Below, one piece after another: positions 11,945-22,369 of a stretch of 64,000 nucleotides of DNA. Position 1 is the first letter of the stretch. The number at the start of each line of letters is the position of its first letter. The position numbers and the translations under genes are program-made. Source of the stretch: Orbicella franksi (Eukaryota). A model generated the notes under the pieces. It saw only the letters and a program-made list of their open reading frames with translations, did not search any database and was not told the origin of the DNA. The DNA is taken from contig OZ116699.1 of assembly GCA_964199315.1 (NCBI GenBank), positions 33,666,001 to 33,730,000 on the forward strand. The letters run 5' to 3'.

Positions 11945-12805
11945 CTCTCTACCGACCTCAGTTTCCTCGCAGCCCGAACTCATGGAACGAAGTTTATGAC
12001 TCGCTCCAATAAGCTCTGCGAGCACTTCTTTTCGCTTTACGCCTTTTGCCGTGTCCAAACTCTCTGCGCGGCGGCGGTGGGGAATAGGAGAAGACGGTAA
12101 CGACACACTCTTCCGTTCACCTGTGATGCGGTCGAGAGGATTTAAAAATTTCGAAGATTGCTGCTGCCTTTGCAAGAGAGGAGAATGAGGCAGCTGAGTT
12201 CCTAAGGTTGTAAAAGTGACGTGCACCCGAGAGTTCTTAAACAAGCCCATCCCTGGGTGCTCCTCAAATTCGTCATCTACTCCAGCTGCAATTCCACCGA
12301 CAGAGCTCTTTTTATCTGGTAACGAAAGTTGTTGGTCGAGCACCGGTTTTGTTTCGCTGGGTAGAATTGTAACTTGACTTTTTCGTATAATTTGCGGCGA
12401 GTCTGGCGGAGTAATGCATGCTTCAGGGGATATAGCAGGCTGTAAAAGAGGCAAAATTTTCTCTCCTCCGGACTTCGTCAGCAGAAGCTTCTGCGTTTCT
12501 TGAACTATCATGTCATGCGGCACGGACATCCTTTTCTTCGTTAGAAAACTCCTTTCACTAAGCTTATTTAAGTCTGGTAAATCAGCGTTATCTGGAGAAA
12601 CAGCATCTCTCGGCTCCTTTATGTCGTCCGATGAAAAACGAATTTTGGGAAGGGCAGAGATTCTTTCTATAAATTTTAACTTCTTCTCTCTTAGTGACCG
12701 TATAATCCGCTTGCGCTGCCCTTCGATATTTTCTAAATCCTTCTGTAGGTTTCCTTCGAATGTTGTGCTCCGATTGATGGCTTTTTTATATTCTCTACTA
12801 GTCAT
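11945..12805 (-). CDS. Unit B: large coding exon paralogous to unit A exon 1 (287 codons to a phase-0 donor; unspliced ORF continues to 11852)
   Basis: ATG at 12805 with an in-frame stop upstream. Shares KKA(I/L)N...L.K.L..(I/L)...R...SL...KL.F...LP.I and SLP.S....RRRA..LDT with unit A. Strong donor AGAGAG|GTGAGT at 11945/11944. Confidence 0.75.
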
Positions 12806-13372
12806 CTTCCGACTGATGTTTACAATATCTCTACATGACTTCTTCTGCGACGCTTTGAACTTTTCGGTCTATTCACGTGAACTCAACAGCGCCATAAACA
12901 GCCATTACTTGCCGAGTCTTGTCTACCTTTGTTAAATGCACGTCTAATTGGAGGTGTTCTTTTACTAATCTCCACCCAGGTTTGATGGATGAGAATATCA
13001 ATTAGATACTCTTTATTTGATTTACAGAAAAAACTAAGTTAAGTAAGATTCTGTTAAAACTGACAGGCAAATTAATGTGGCTGCACTTGAACCCTTGATT
13101 TCTACTTCACATGTTAACAGACCTCAACAAGTTTTTTCAGGACTAAATCTAAAACATTCAAATAAAACTAGTGCAACCTATTTAACAAAAATTAACGTCA
13201 GAAAGTAGAAGATTAATGCACTAAATTTTTCCTTCCCACTTATGAAATCGTTTAGACTGTTAAGCCATCCTCTCGAAATTAATTTGACTGAAAAATGAAT
13301 GAGTGATTTCGTCTGTTAATAATCACATTAAGCAGCAATTAGCGATAAACGGATTAGTGCTAGGTTGAGAAG

Positions 13373-13484
13373 TATGGGTTATTGACCAAGCTTGTTCGGT
13401 CAAGATGGCTGGATATTGGCCAAGGTCTTTTTTTGCGTGTTTATGGACCGAGACGGAGTCGAGGTTCAAAAACACGCAAAAAAA

Positions 13485-13519
<35 letters not shown>

Positions 13520-13689
13520 AAGCTTGGTCAATAAAGGATTTATTATATGGCTTACGGGGAAATTTTTCTTGCAGGACACGGCGGGTAGTCCCGAACGGGC
13601 AAGATAGCTCTATCTTGCCCGCTCGGGTAGCCAATCACAGCGCAGGATTTGATTCATCTTGCCCGCTCACGGAGCTAGCCACATAATAA
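13373..13689. mobile_element. Interspersed repeat with a perfect 42-bp internal inverted repeat; partial inverted copy at ~51460-51650
   Basis: TATTGACCAAGCTTGTTCGGTCAAGATGGCTGGATATTGGCC (13380-13421) pairs with 13492-13533. It also has repeated ATCTTGCCCGCTC motifs. Homologous text is present at 51460-51650. Confidence 0.8.
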
Positions 13690-13833
13690 TGTTAATTCTA
13701 ATCCCGAAGCCAAAACGTTTGTTGCGAAACAAAAAGCCGGACTTAAAAATCAATTAATCATTTGTGCAAATTAGGCCACTGTAGTCTCAATAAGCTCAAC
13801 GCACTTGCGTTAGTTCGAACTGCAAGTAACTTT

Positions 13834-14201
13834 AGGTGTGGCGAATGGTCCTTCAAAAACCATGGGTCTGGCAAAATTTTCGCCGAATTTCACGGGTCTC
13901 GCAGTATCGTTTTTTAGCGGTTATGTGCGTCTCGCAGTCTCGATTTTTCTCACAAAGCTATCTTGCAGTCTCGATTTTTTTTCAAGGCTAAGAAAATCGC
14001 GAAGTACCGATTTGTTTATTTTTTTTTTAGTAAAGTTAAATGACGTCACAACATGTTACAACCTGAACGTCTTCAGTTCGCATTTAAAACACTTTAAAGT
14101 CTCGGTCTCGCAATTGAAGAAATCAAAATGTCTCAGGCTCGCAAAGAAAAACGCTGATCTCGTCGTCTCGCAAAGCCTCGCATTTGCCATTCGCCACCCC
14201 T
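13834..14201. mobile_element. MITE with TIR (T)AGGTGTGGCGAATGG / CCATTCGCCACCCCT(A) and GTCTCGCA subterminal repeats
   Basis: 16-bp TIR with 1 mismatch, flanked by the direct repeat AACTTT (13828-13833 and 14202-14207). Confidence 0.75.
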
Positions 14202-14703
14202 AACTTTCAAGATTTTAGCTCAAAGATCACTGTTTGGCAAGTCTGCCAAACAAGATTTACGTTTTCTTCGAATGATCTTCCCACTGCTTTCAGTCGGCTG
14301 TTAGATTCTTAGACGGAATAATTGAAAAAGTCCGTGCTAGTCCGCGCGCGGCCCACTGAAACTCTAAGTTCGTTGCCAGATCTCTTCTGACGAGGATGAT
14401 CACTCCTCTGTCCAGCCAGGCTTTGGTCGTTTTTACTCAATCTCGTTCTCATAGTTTATCCAAGATGGCGTGAAGGGAGAGATTACCTGTCCGCCAAGTT
14501 GGATAAACCATTGGCACAGCCCTTTAGCCTGGGACTAGCATTAAGGCTTTACAGAAAGTGGACTACCAAAAAATTCGTGCGCGCTGAAAAATTCTCATCC
14601 CCATCCGGTCCGGGTCTTAACCGGGCTATAACCGCATAGAGGAAGCCCGTGGTCTCAACATGCACGTTCTCGTCACGAACCAAGAGTTGTCGGTCAGCGT
14701 CAG

Positions 14704-14929
14704 TAGGGAGCTTTAGCATGCGCGTTTTTGAGACGCGGACGGCAACCGGAAGAGAAGATTTCGCATGCTAGGACCGTATTGTCTCCCAGATTTTTTATAC
14801 TACTCATCTCTAATGAAGAAAAGATACTTAGCAATGTGAATATGGCTGTGTGAGGACAAGTTAAAAGTGAAAGTAGCTCACTTCCGGCTACCGTCCGCGT
14901 CTCAAAAACGGGCGTGCTTAAGTCCCCTA
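14704..14929. mobile_element. MITE, TAGGGAGCTT-type TIR
   Basis: TAGGGAGCTTTAGCATGCGCGTTTTTGAGACGCGGACGGCAACCGGAAG pairs with CTTCCGGCTACCGTCCGCGTCTCAAAAACGGGCGTGCTTAAGTCCCCTA. Confidence 0.8.
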
Positions 14930-15918
14930 GTACGACCTTCAGCAGCGAGATTGCCATCATGATGTTCTTCTATGCGCACGCCCTGGGGACGAATGCTGCC
15001 TTGCAGGAATGCGTACTGCACAATATATAATAGCCTCCCTCCTCTTTACGGTAGTTTGGATGACAGCGCTGAATTAACCGGAAAGTAAACAGCCCTATTT
15101 GCAATCACATTTAACTTAATCACTACAAACCGTAATGAACACAATTGTTCCCCCCAAACAACTGTATTTCAGTTACCCAGAAATACGACAAGGTGATTTA
15201 AGTAATCTGTTCATTCAAAGAAGAAAGAGAAACTCTCTGCGGTTTAGCTTTGGAAAATCAACCACGACAAATTTTTTAAAAACCGGAACTAAATTTTTTG
15301 AAAGTAAGATCGAACCTAAGAAAAGGGTCAGTAATCCAGTCTATTGTACCTCAAGAGGTCACTAAGTGACTTTCCGGTGTTGCTGATTGTTTCATGTTAC
15401 GAAATATTCATCAAGCTTGCATAATTTCTTTTCAGTTTTCATTCAAAGGTTTTAGCAGACCAACCCCAGAGTCCGCCTACTGCATTATCTTCTGTCAGGA
15501 GCCCACTATGCCCCTAATTGTGTACATTTAGCCTGACACCTTCCGGGGAGTGATTTTCAGGCTATGGCTGTAATTGAAGAAAAACGATGAAAAGTTTTAG
15601 CTTTTAACTCCAAAAGGCATGATATTTTCCGTGAATAATTAAGGGGAACAATGCTAAGAAAACGCTGGTAACTAAGTACGTGACTTCATCAGTTTGTTAA
15701 AATGATAAAAAGTACGTATAACCGATCTCATTAATGGTGCAAAGACGTTAATTACGACCCGTTAATGAGCACAATTATACCTCGCTTGTAAACCCCAGAA
15801 AATCAGCAAATTACAAAACGCTAATGCAACTGCATTCGCACTCAGTTCTACAGTGAATTCCAAGCCCTGCAGAGATTCTTTTAAAACCACATACTGCGGC
15901 TAGAACTCACAGTTAGCT

Positions 15919-16935
15919 ATGGAGTCCGTGACATTTGTGTACTCTTTGGCCACAGAACAGGAGAAGCAAACAGAAGCACTTAAAAATCAAGAGCAAAATC
16001 AACTCGATAAATACCGCGCTCTAATTCAAAAGCAGATGGAAAAAGAGAGAGCTTTCCTGTCCTATAAGAAAATTGAATTTCTCTCCAGGCAAGAGGCAAA
16101 GTTAGGCGGAAAAATAAGGCCGTTGTCCGCCCGTGTGCGCACGGGGGACCACCTTCCTGAAATAACATCGAAAGCACAGCCGAAAGAGATGGCGCATAAA
16201 AATGGATTACTCGGAACGAGGACTGAAACACGGAATTTAACGCCATTTATTTACCGTCAGAGGACACATTTGGGAATGGTGGTCGCTTCTTCGAAACCGA
16301 GAAGTAACAGAACAAGTCCAGCAGAAGGCAGGAAATCTTGTCTGATCACGTTGACTGGGTCAAATAGCCCTGTTGTAAATTCCAAAATGCATAACCAGAA
16401 GGAAAGAAAAAGTGTTCATTTTAAGAGTGACGGAAAAGCAACGAGATATTTCCCCAAATACAAGAATTCAAAGCCGCTGACAATTAAAGGACCGCAAGAA
16501 ATCGAAATCGAAACTTTAAGGAAACGAAGGTTAACTCTATCAAAATGCGAGAGTCCACTGAATGAATCAACGAGAGCCCAAAAGGAAATGGTCTCCGAGA
16601 ACTGCCGACATCTTAAAGAGAAAGAATCAAAAGACCGGGGCTCTATCGATTGCTCCCGAAAGAGCGATTCACACAGCTTCGGAAAAATCGAGGCAACTGC
16701 AGCTACAAACCTATCCGGAATGAGCGTAAGCTGAGCTGTGGTGGCGCGTCTGATTGGACTGAAAACGAAGTTTAAAAGGCGGCGATTGCATGGCACTTTC
16801 CAGGCGCCCGAGTTAGAAGTGTTGGACCCATCGCTTAAGCATGACAGGAGGTTCGGTCAGGCGAAACCTAATGACCCCTGGAAAGCAGTGAAGGGCTGTA
16901 GATATCTGAGAATTCCGACAAGAAACGATACATAA
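15919..16935 (+). CDS. Unit C: divergent CCDC190-like paralog (315 aa if the 78-nt intron 16726-16803 is spliced)
   Basis: ORF 15919-16734 carries the same L-x-K-x4-[IL]-x10-L-x3-K-[IL]-x-F motif. The same frame resumes after TGA and ends in DPWKAVKGCRYLR. GTAAGC (16726) ... ACTTTCCAG (16803) defines a phase-0 intron that removes the stop. Confidence 0.68.
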
Positions 16936-17598
16936 AATAGCGCTTCGCTATAAGTTCGTTCCCAAAGTTCTTCCTTCCCCTTCGATTCTTGAGAGATTTT
17001 AACAAGCTTTGGAACGAAGTTGTGCTGCCCCCCTGGCCTCTCCCAAGCTTTTCCGTGCCTGAAGGAAAGACTAGTGCACAGGCTTCCGCTACATTTGCCC
17101 ATAAGCCAAGTGCTATCTTAATAAAACACTGGCAATTTTATGCTTTAACAGAAATGTTTATTTATAGAAAATAACAAGAAGTTGACCGAAGGTAAATAAA
17201 GTGGGTCATCCACTCCGAACTTATAATACATAAATATTATCTTACAGAAAATGAACATAACACAAAATACAGTGATGAAACGAAAATTAACAAGATATCA
17301 CTCAAAACTTCTACAGTGGCTATAGCAGTTCAAAGGCAGGATTTTCACTTTATTATCATGGCACAAAAGGTGAATGTTGAATTTGAACTCTTAATGAACA
17401 GAATGTCACCTGAGGTGTCATTGAAAACCCTGAAAACACAGTAGTCTCTAACAAATAGTTTCATAATTTTAAATCATTTACACTAGTTGGATTAATTTGC
17501 AGCTGTTACAGTTGCAAATGGGTTTTGAAACCAATGTCTACATAACTGTAATCATCACAAACTTGAAGTGCATCTAACTTTAAGATGGGATTATTAGA

Positions 17599-20500
17599 TC
17601 AGTAGAAAAACTCATAGTATCCTCGTGAACCATATTCTGTTGAGGGTCTTTGACGATCTTCATATCCTCTGTGACCACGGTCATCTCGATAGCGCCCACC
17701 ATATCTGTATGCAGTAAAACAACAACAAAAAGGATAACAAATACTAGAACTACTTACGATACAGTTATTGATGCAATGAAAAAAAAAATCAAATATTACA
17801 AAAAACAAACAAACAAACAAACAAACAAACAACTGTCCCTTATGTTTATCCTGACCTGACTTTCATATTTACTTATTAATATTCTAATATTATTTTACTT
17901 ATCAACTTTTTTAATATATACTTATTTATTTTTTACATTCATAATTTCTTTTTTGTGTGTCCCTAATTAGCAGCAATGCTAAATACCCCAGACATGTTAA
18001 TAAAGGTTTTTTGTTTGTTTGTTTGTTTATGGCTCATTTACCTGAATTACTATTGTTTGCATCTAATCATGAATGTGTGAAGTGAAAATATTATCTAACT
18101 GGGTAAAAAAACTTGTGTGATCAGCTGCTAAACTGTCACAGATGACAATACTTTGGAGATATTTTTGAGCTTACACGTTAACTGCCAAGCACTTTCATGG
18201 AAGACATTTATGAATAAACAAATATCTTTGAAACTTCAAGCCTGGTTGTCTATTTTCTAATGACTTCATCCTTTTTCAAAATATCGTTACAACTCAAACA
18301 ATAATTGTATTTACTTATTTTCATTTTACTAAGTTTTCCCTAAAAACCATTTGACCAAACCTTGACGTAAGGCCATTCTCACACCATTTCTTTCACCCAG
18401 TCTTTTTTAAATTTTTTTGCTGAACAGTAAGCTGCAAATCTTAAAACTGGTACTCAATTAATTTGGACATCGTCATTCCTTGGAATGATGACACTCCCTA
18501 CCTGTCATCCCTGTGATGATATGAGCCATGTCTATCACCTCCTCTGTGTCGATCTTCATGATCTCCATATCGCCTGCCATGGTCCCGCCCACTATCATGC
18601 CTGGACCTTTCATAACCTCTGCCATCACTGCCACTGCCATGGTGAGAACGGCTGTAAGATGCAAATTGTATAACACCAATGTAAAGTATGTTAGAGATCC
18701 AAAAAGTACCAATAGCTCAGTTAAAATTATAATGATTTTCAGCCCTCCAGCTGCAGTTGGCTGGAATGGTTTGTGCTCTTTCTTTCCTTGCAAACTTGTT
18801 AATTGATAAAGTCCAATTAATGAATGTTCTGACTTTTAATTGGATATTGATCTTCATGTGTGCAACCCTTCAAACACAGGATAGCATAAAAAATCTACAA
18901 CACTGTACGTATCACAAAATTAAAAGAAACATTATTTAAAATCTAAAAACCTGCAAGCAATGTACATGTAATAAAGTTCCACTAAAAGAGCAGATGCCAC
19001 TTAGTAGCAAGTTGCATTTCTCATCCCAAGAGATGAGACTCTTGTCTGTGTTGTAACTTAAAATTCAACTTGCAAGTGGCATATTCATCAACCACAACTC
19101 AGATTGACTTCAAAAAAAGAGTTTGTGAATATCACAGATGAGGACAAATTTTAGCAACTGAGTAAATTTTCCAACAAACCAAAATGATCGTCAATAAACA
19201 GATTGATTTTGGTTGACCTGAGACAAGAGATGCTCATTTCGAAAGAAACAGATGAGAAAGGCAACTCACCTTTGGGAGGTGCTGTAGTAGATGAAGGGAA
19301 TGTTGCTTGCAAACAGAAATAGCAGATGTGCCAATATCACTGCACATCTTCTGGTTCGTACAGCACAGATCTTACTACAGCCACACACACTGTAGTTCAT
19401 CTAATCTTTTCATGCATGGATCTCTTCAATTACTAGAACTATGCATCTTGCAGGCCCCCCAAAATGTAGGGGTGCAAATTAACTCTATGTAAAGAAATTT
19501 AAAGATTTCATGACTGTGGCTGAGAGTTGTTTCTGTAAAATTTTGTCTGTACTTTGTCGATAATATTTTGTTGTAAAAATCTGTGTACAGACTAATACAA
19601 TAATTGCAACTCTCATAGTAGTTCTACAACTTGAAATTCCTGCAAAAATTATTTCAAAAATATTCACCTGCCTGTCAGGGAAGCAAGGGACAGAATCCAC
19701 TAGCCTAAATGTAAAAGCAGTTAGCCCCAGGCCATCAGTCATGACTTTCTTTGTAAACTTGTGTTTTCAACACTTATGATACTTGGGGCGTTTTCCATTT
19801 ACAAAAAATTCGGAAAATTGCTATCGGGAATTTCTGTTTGGGAAAAGAGTGTTCCATTTGTCACAAGTCCCATTCGTTCACAGGACCCTCTCTGTTGCTT
19901 CACTGAATCTCCTGCGAATATTCAAAATGGAGGCCAATGAGGCCCATCAGATGTGTTTTTTGTGCGAAATGTTAGAAGTCTCTATAGAGGAAAAGAGTTT
20001 GATTAATTCAGAAGATGATGCAGTAGATATCTTTTCAGTGACCTCAACGTTCATGAGACGGAATTTGCAACGAACTGAAGGCTATTTTGAACATGCGTTG
20101 CCTGGATATTCACTTGATGAGTTTAATGAGTTGAATGACGAGGCACAATGGCAGGTCTGTGTAGAGTCGTCCAAGCTACAGGGAGAGTGCCACAACGGCA
20201 ATAAATTTTCTAGATCTGGTGCTAGAATGTGGCAGGCAGAGCACTCGTAGTAACCCTGAAAGTTTGTTTACAAAAAGCTTCCAGAAAACTGACCCTGATC
20301 AGCCGCGATTTTTGTTGAAACACCAGGGAGTCGAGGGAAGCCTGGCCTCTAAAAAGACCGTGAAAGGCATGAAACTGGTGATAAAGACGAGAAATCTGTA
20401 AATGGAACACAAATTTTCCATTGGGAAGTTTCCACCGGGAAAACGGGACTACGTTTTCAGAAATTCCGTTTATTCTGGAAAATTTCCAGTGGAACGAACC

Positions 20501-20940
20501 AAAAATTCGTGTTCCATTTACATCCAAACCGGGATTTCCGGAATTTTTTGGTAAATGGAAAACGCTCTTGGTCACTCCTTGCAGTACTAACCGCAATACT
20601 AACCGACTACCAAAGCTAGCTGCTAACACATAGACATACAGAGCTTCATCTTTGTCAGAGTCAATTCAAGCTACGTACAGGCTATTTGGGGATGGAGCGT
20701 AAGCAGGATATCTCTCTTTTCACTAGACATACAAATTACGGGTAGTCGTCGTTTAGAGAGCCCTTATAATTCAAGGGAAGCTCTTTACCTGTCTCTATAT
20801 CCAGTATTGAGCCAATCAGTCAGGCAAGGTGGCGAAGCTTGAGGCCTGTTGACCGTTTTCATATACTCCTCATCTTCACTAGTGAAACGCTTCGCAAACA
20901 GTTTTTCGTATTCCGCAAGGGTTTCTTCAGGTGAGGCCAT
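17599..20940 (-). CDS. RAMAC: RNA guanine-N7 methyltransferase activating subunit (RAM/FAM103A1), 135 aa
   Basis: Exons complement(20789-20940, 18502-18651, 17599-17704), phase 2/2, 408 nt. MASPEETLAEYEKLFAKRFTSEDEEYMKTVNRPQASPPCLTDW matches the RAM activation domain (FEEMFASRFT..D.EY.....RP...PP....W). R/G/D/H/Y-rich tail. Confidence 0.9.
19786..20567 (+). mobile_element. Internally deleted PIF/Harbinger transposon in RAMAC intron 1
   Basis: TIR GGGCGTTTTCCATTTAC.AAAAATTC / GAATTTTTTGGTAAATGGAAAACGCTC and a 3-bp TSD TTG (19783-85, 20568-70). The interior encodes FMRRNLQRTEGYFEHALPGYSLDEF, resembling the N-terminus of Harbinger transposases. Confidence 0.8.
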
Positions 20941-22369
20941 ATTGAATATGAGGCAAGTTAAAGAAAAGAATCCGCAGATTGCAAGAAAACTACAGTACTC
21001 AATCGACTTCTCAAACGAAATGGACAACCTCGTGTTTCGAGCCTGGCTACAAAGTTGCTTTTTTACCTGGCCTGGCTACAAAGGTTCGCCTCACGAATGA
21101 TGGAATCCTATCCACCAGTCACGGGATTTTCCTTCGCAGACAATGTTGCAGCGGTAGATTTTGTCTACAATGATTTTATTTTCTTTTTCTGCGGCAATTA
21201 CTGGCCCCGATGAAAACATAAAAGTATATAGAAAGTCTTACCATCTTTTTGCTGAAAACAACTGATATGGACCAAGTATGGTAACATAAAAAGCACTCGG
21301 TACAAAGTCCGCTACTAAGGTAAGTGGAGAATGCGGGAGAATGAGCTTATTACATCGATACGAAGACGAGATCTATTTAATCCAGTTCAAAATTTAAGTT
21401 CTAAGGAGTTGAACAGATAGAGGAGCAGTCATTTGTGAGATTGCAGGAGCTTCTTTTCGTTACACAGACATTTTATCGAAATTCACGGGTGGAAAAGAAA
21501 TGTGTCTCCTCTTGCGTCGGTTTCGACTGATCACGACTTCAGCATATCAGCTGCTATCGAGAGAGAAAAAAAATCCAGTTAGAAACAGGAAAATGTTTTG
21601 GCACCTGGATTTAGATTCGAGGTAAAGGAACAAAAGGACAGACGCAGAAACGCCATTTTCCAGGAAAAGGGAGAAGCGTGAATATTGCTGAGCCCATTGA
21701 GCTTGGGAGTTTCGCAATCGAATCCAATTCTACGCGCTGTCAAAACAGTTCCTCTTTGAGACTGATAAAATTGCCAACAAAGTACAAAAACGTTTCATTT
21801 CGAGGTAGAAAATTAAACTACCCCAGTTCCTGTATCTGTATTATTTTGCTTGCTACCTCGACGAACTGGAGGCAAAATAAAGGGTCTGATCTGTGGATAA
21901 ACTACTAAATCCATGGCTTCGAAAAAGGTCATATTGCCCCTCAAAATCGAAGAAAAACGGCAAGGACGTTTTGTTTTGTTTTTTTAATATTTTTAACATT
22001 TTTGGGAAGAATGCCTTCAGACTCCCGTACGAAGGAAAGAGCGGAAAATTTCCGATTCTCACCTCGAATATCAACAGCTCGAACATCAAAACATGTCATG
22101 GATGTCTTGAGAAATGATGAAAGTATAATGTGAAAAAAAAAAAGGTTTGACCATAGAATCGGAGTTCGATACAGTTAGCAGATGTTCGCGTTGCATTCAA
22201 CTTGATGTGCGAGCTCTCATATTACACCTGGGGGCGGGGTCGAAGGATGGGCTCCCTGCTAGGTTACACTATGACGTCAGGCATGTAACAAATCTTTGCG
22301 CGCGCACACGTGTGAGTAATTGCCTTGTTGGCGGGCTAGTTTGTGAGAGGTGGGAAACTTCACTTCGTT

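Noticed and set aside
13323-14960. ORFs of 70-120 aa in the supplied track (also 44303-44833, 46140-46528, 53217-53558)
   Set aside because: They fall within MITEs or microsatellites and are spurious frames.
16935-17600. SECIS element supporting selenocysteine at TGA 16732
   Set aside because: The ATGA...AA...GA candidate near 17250 does not base-pair, and a canonical mini-intron explains the stop more simply.
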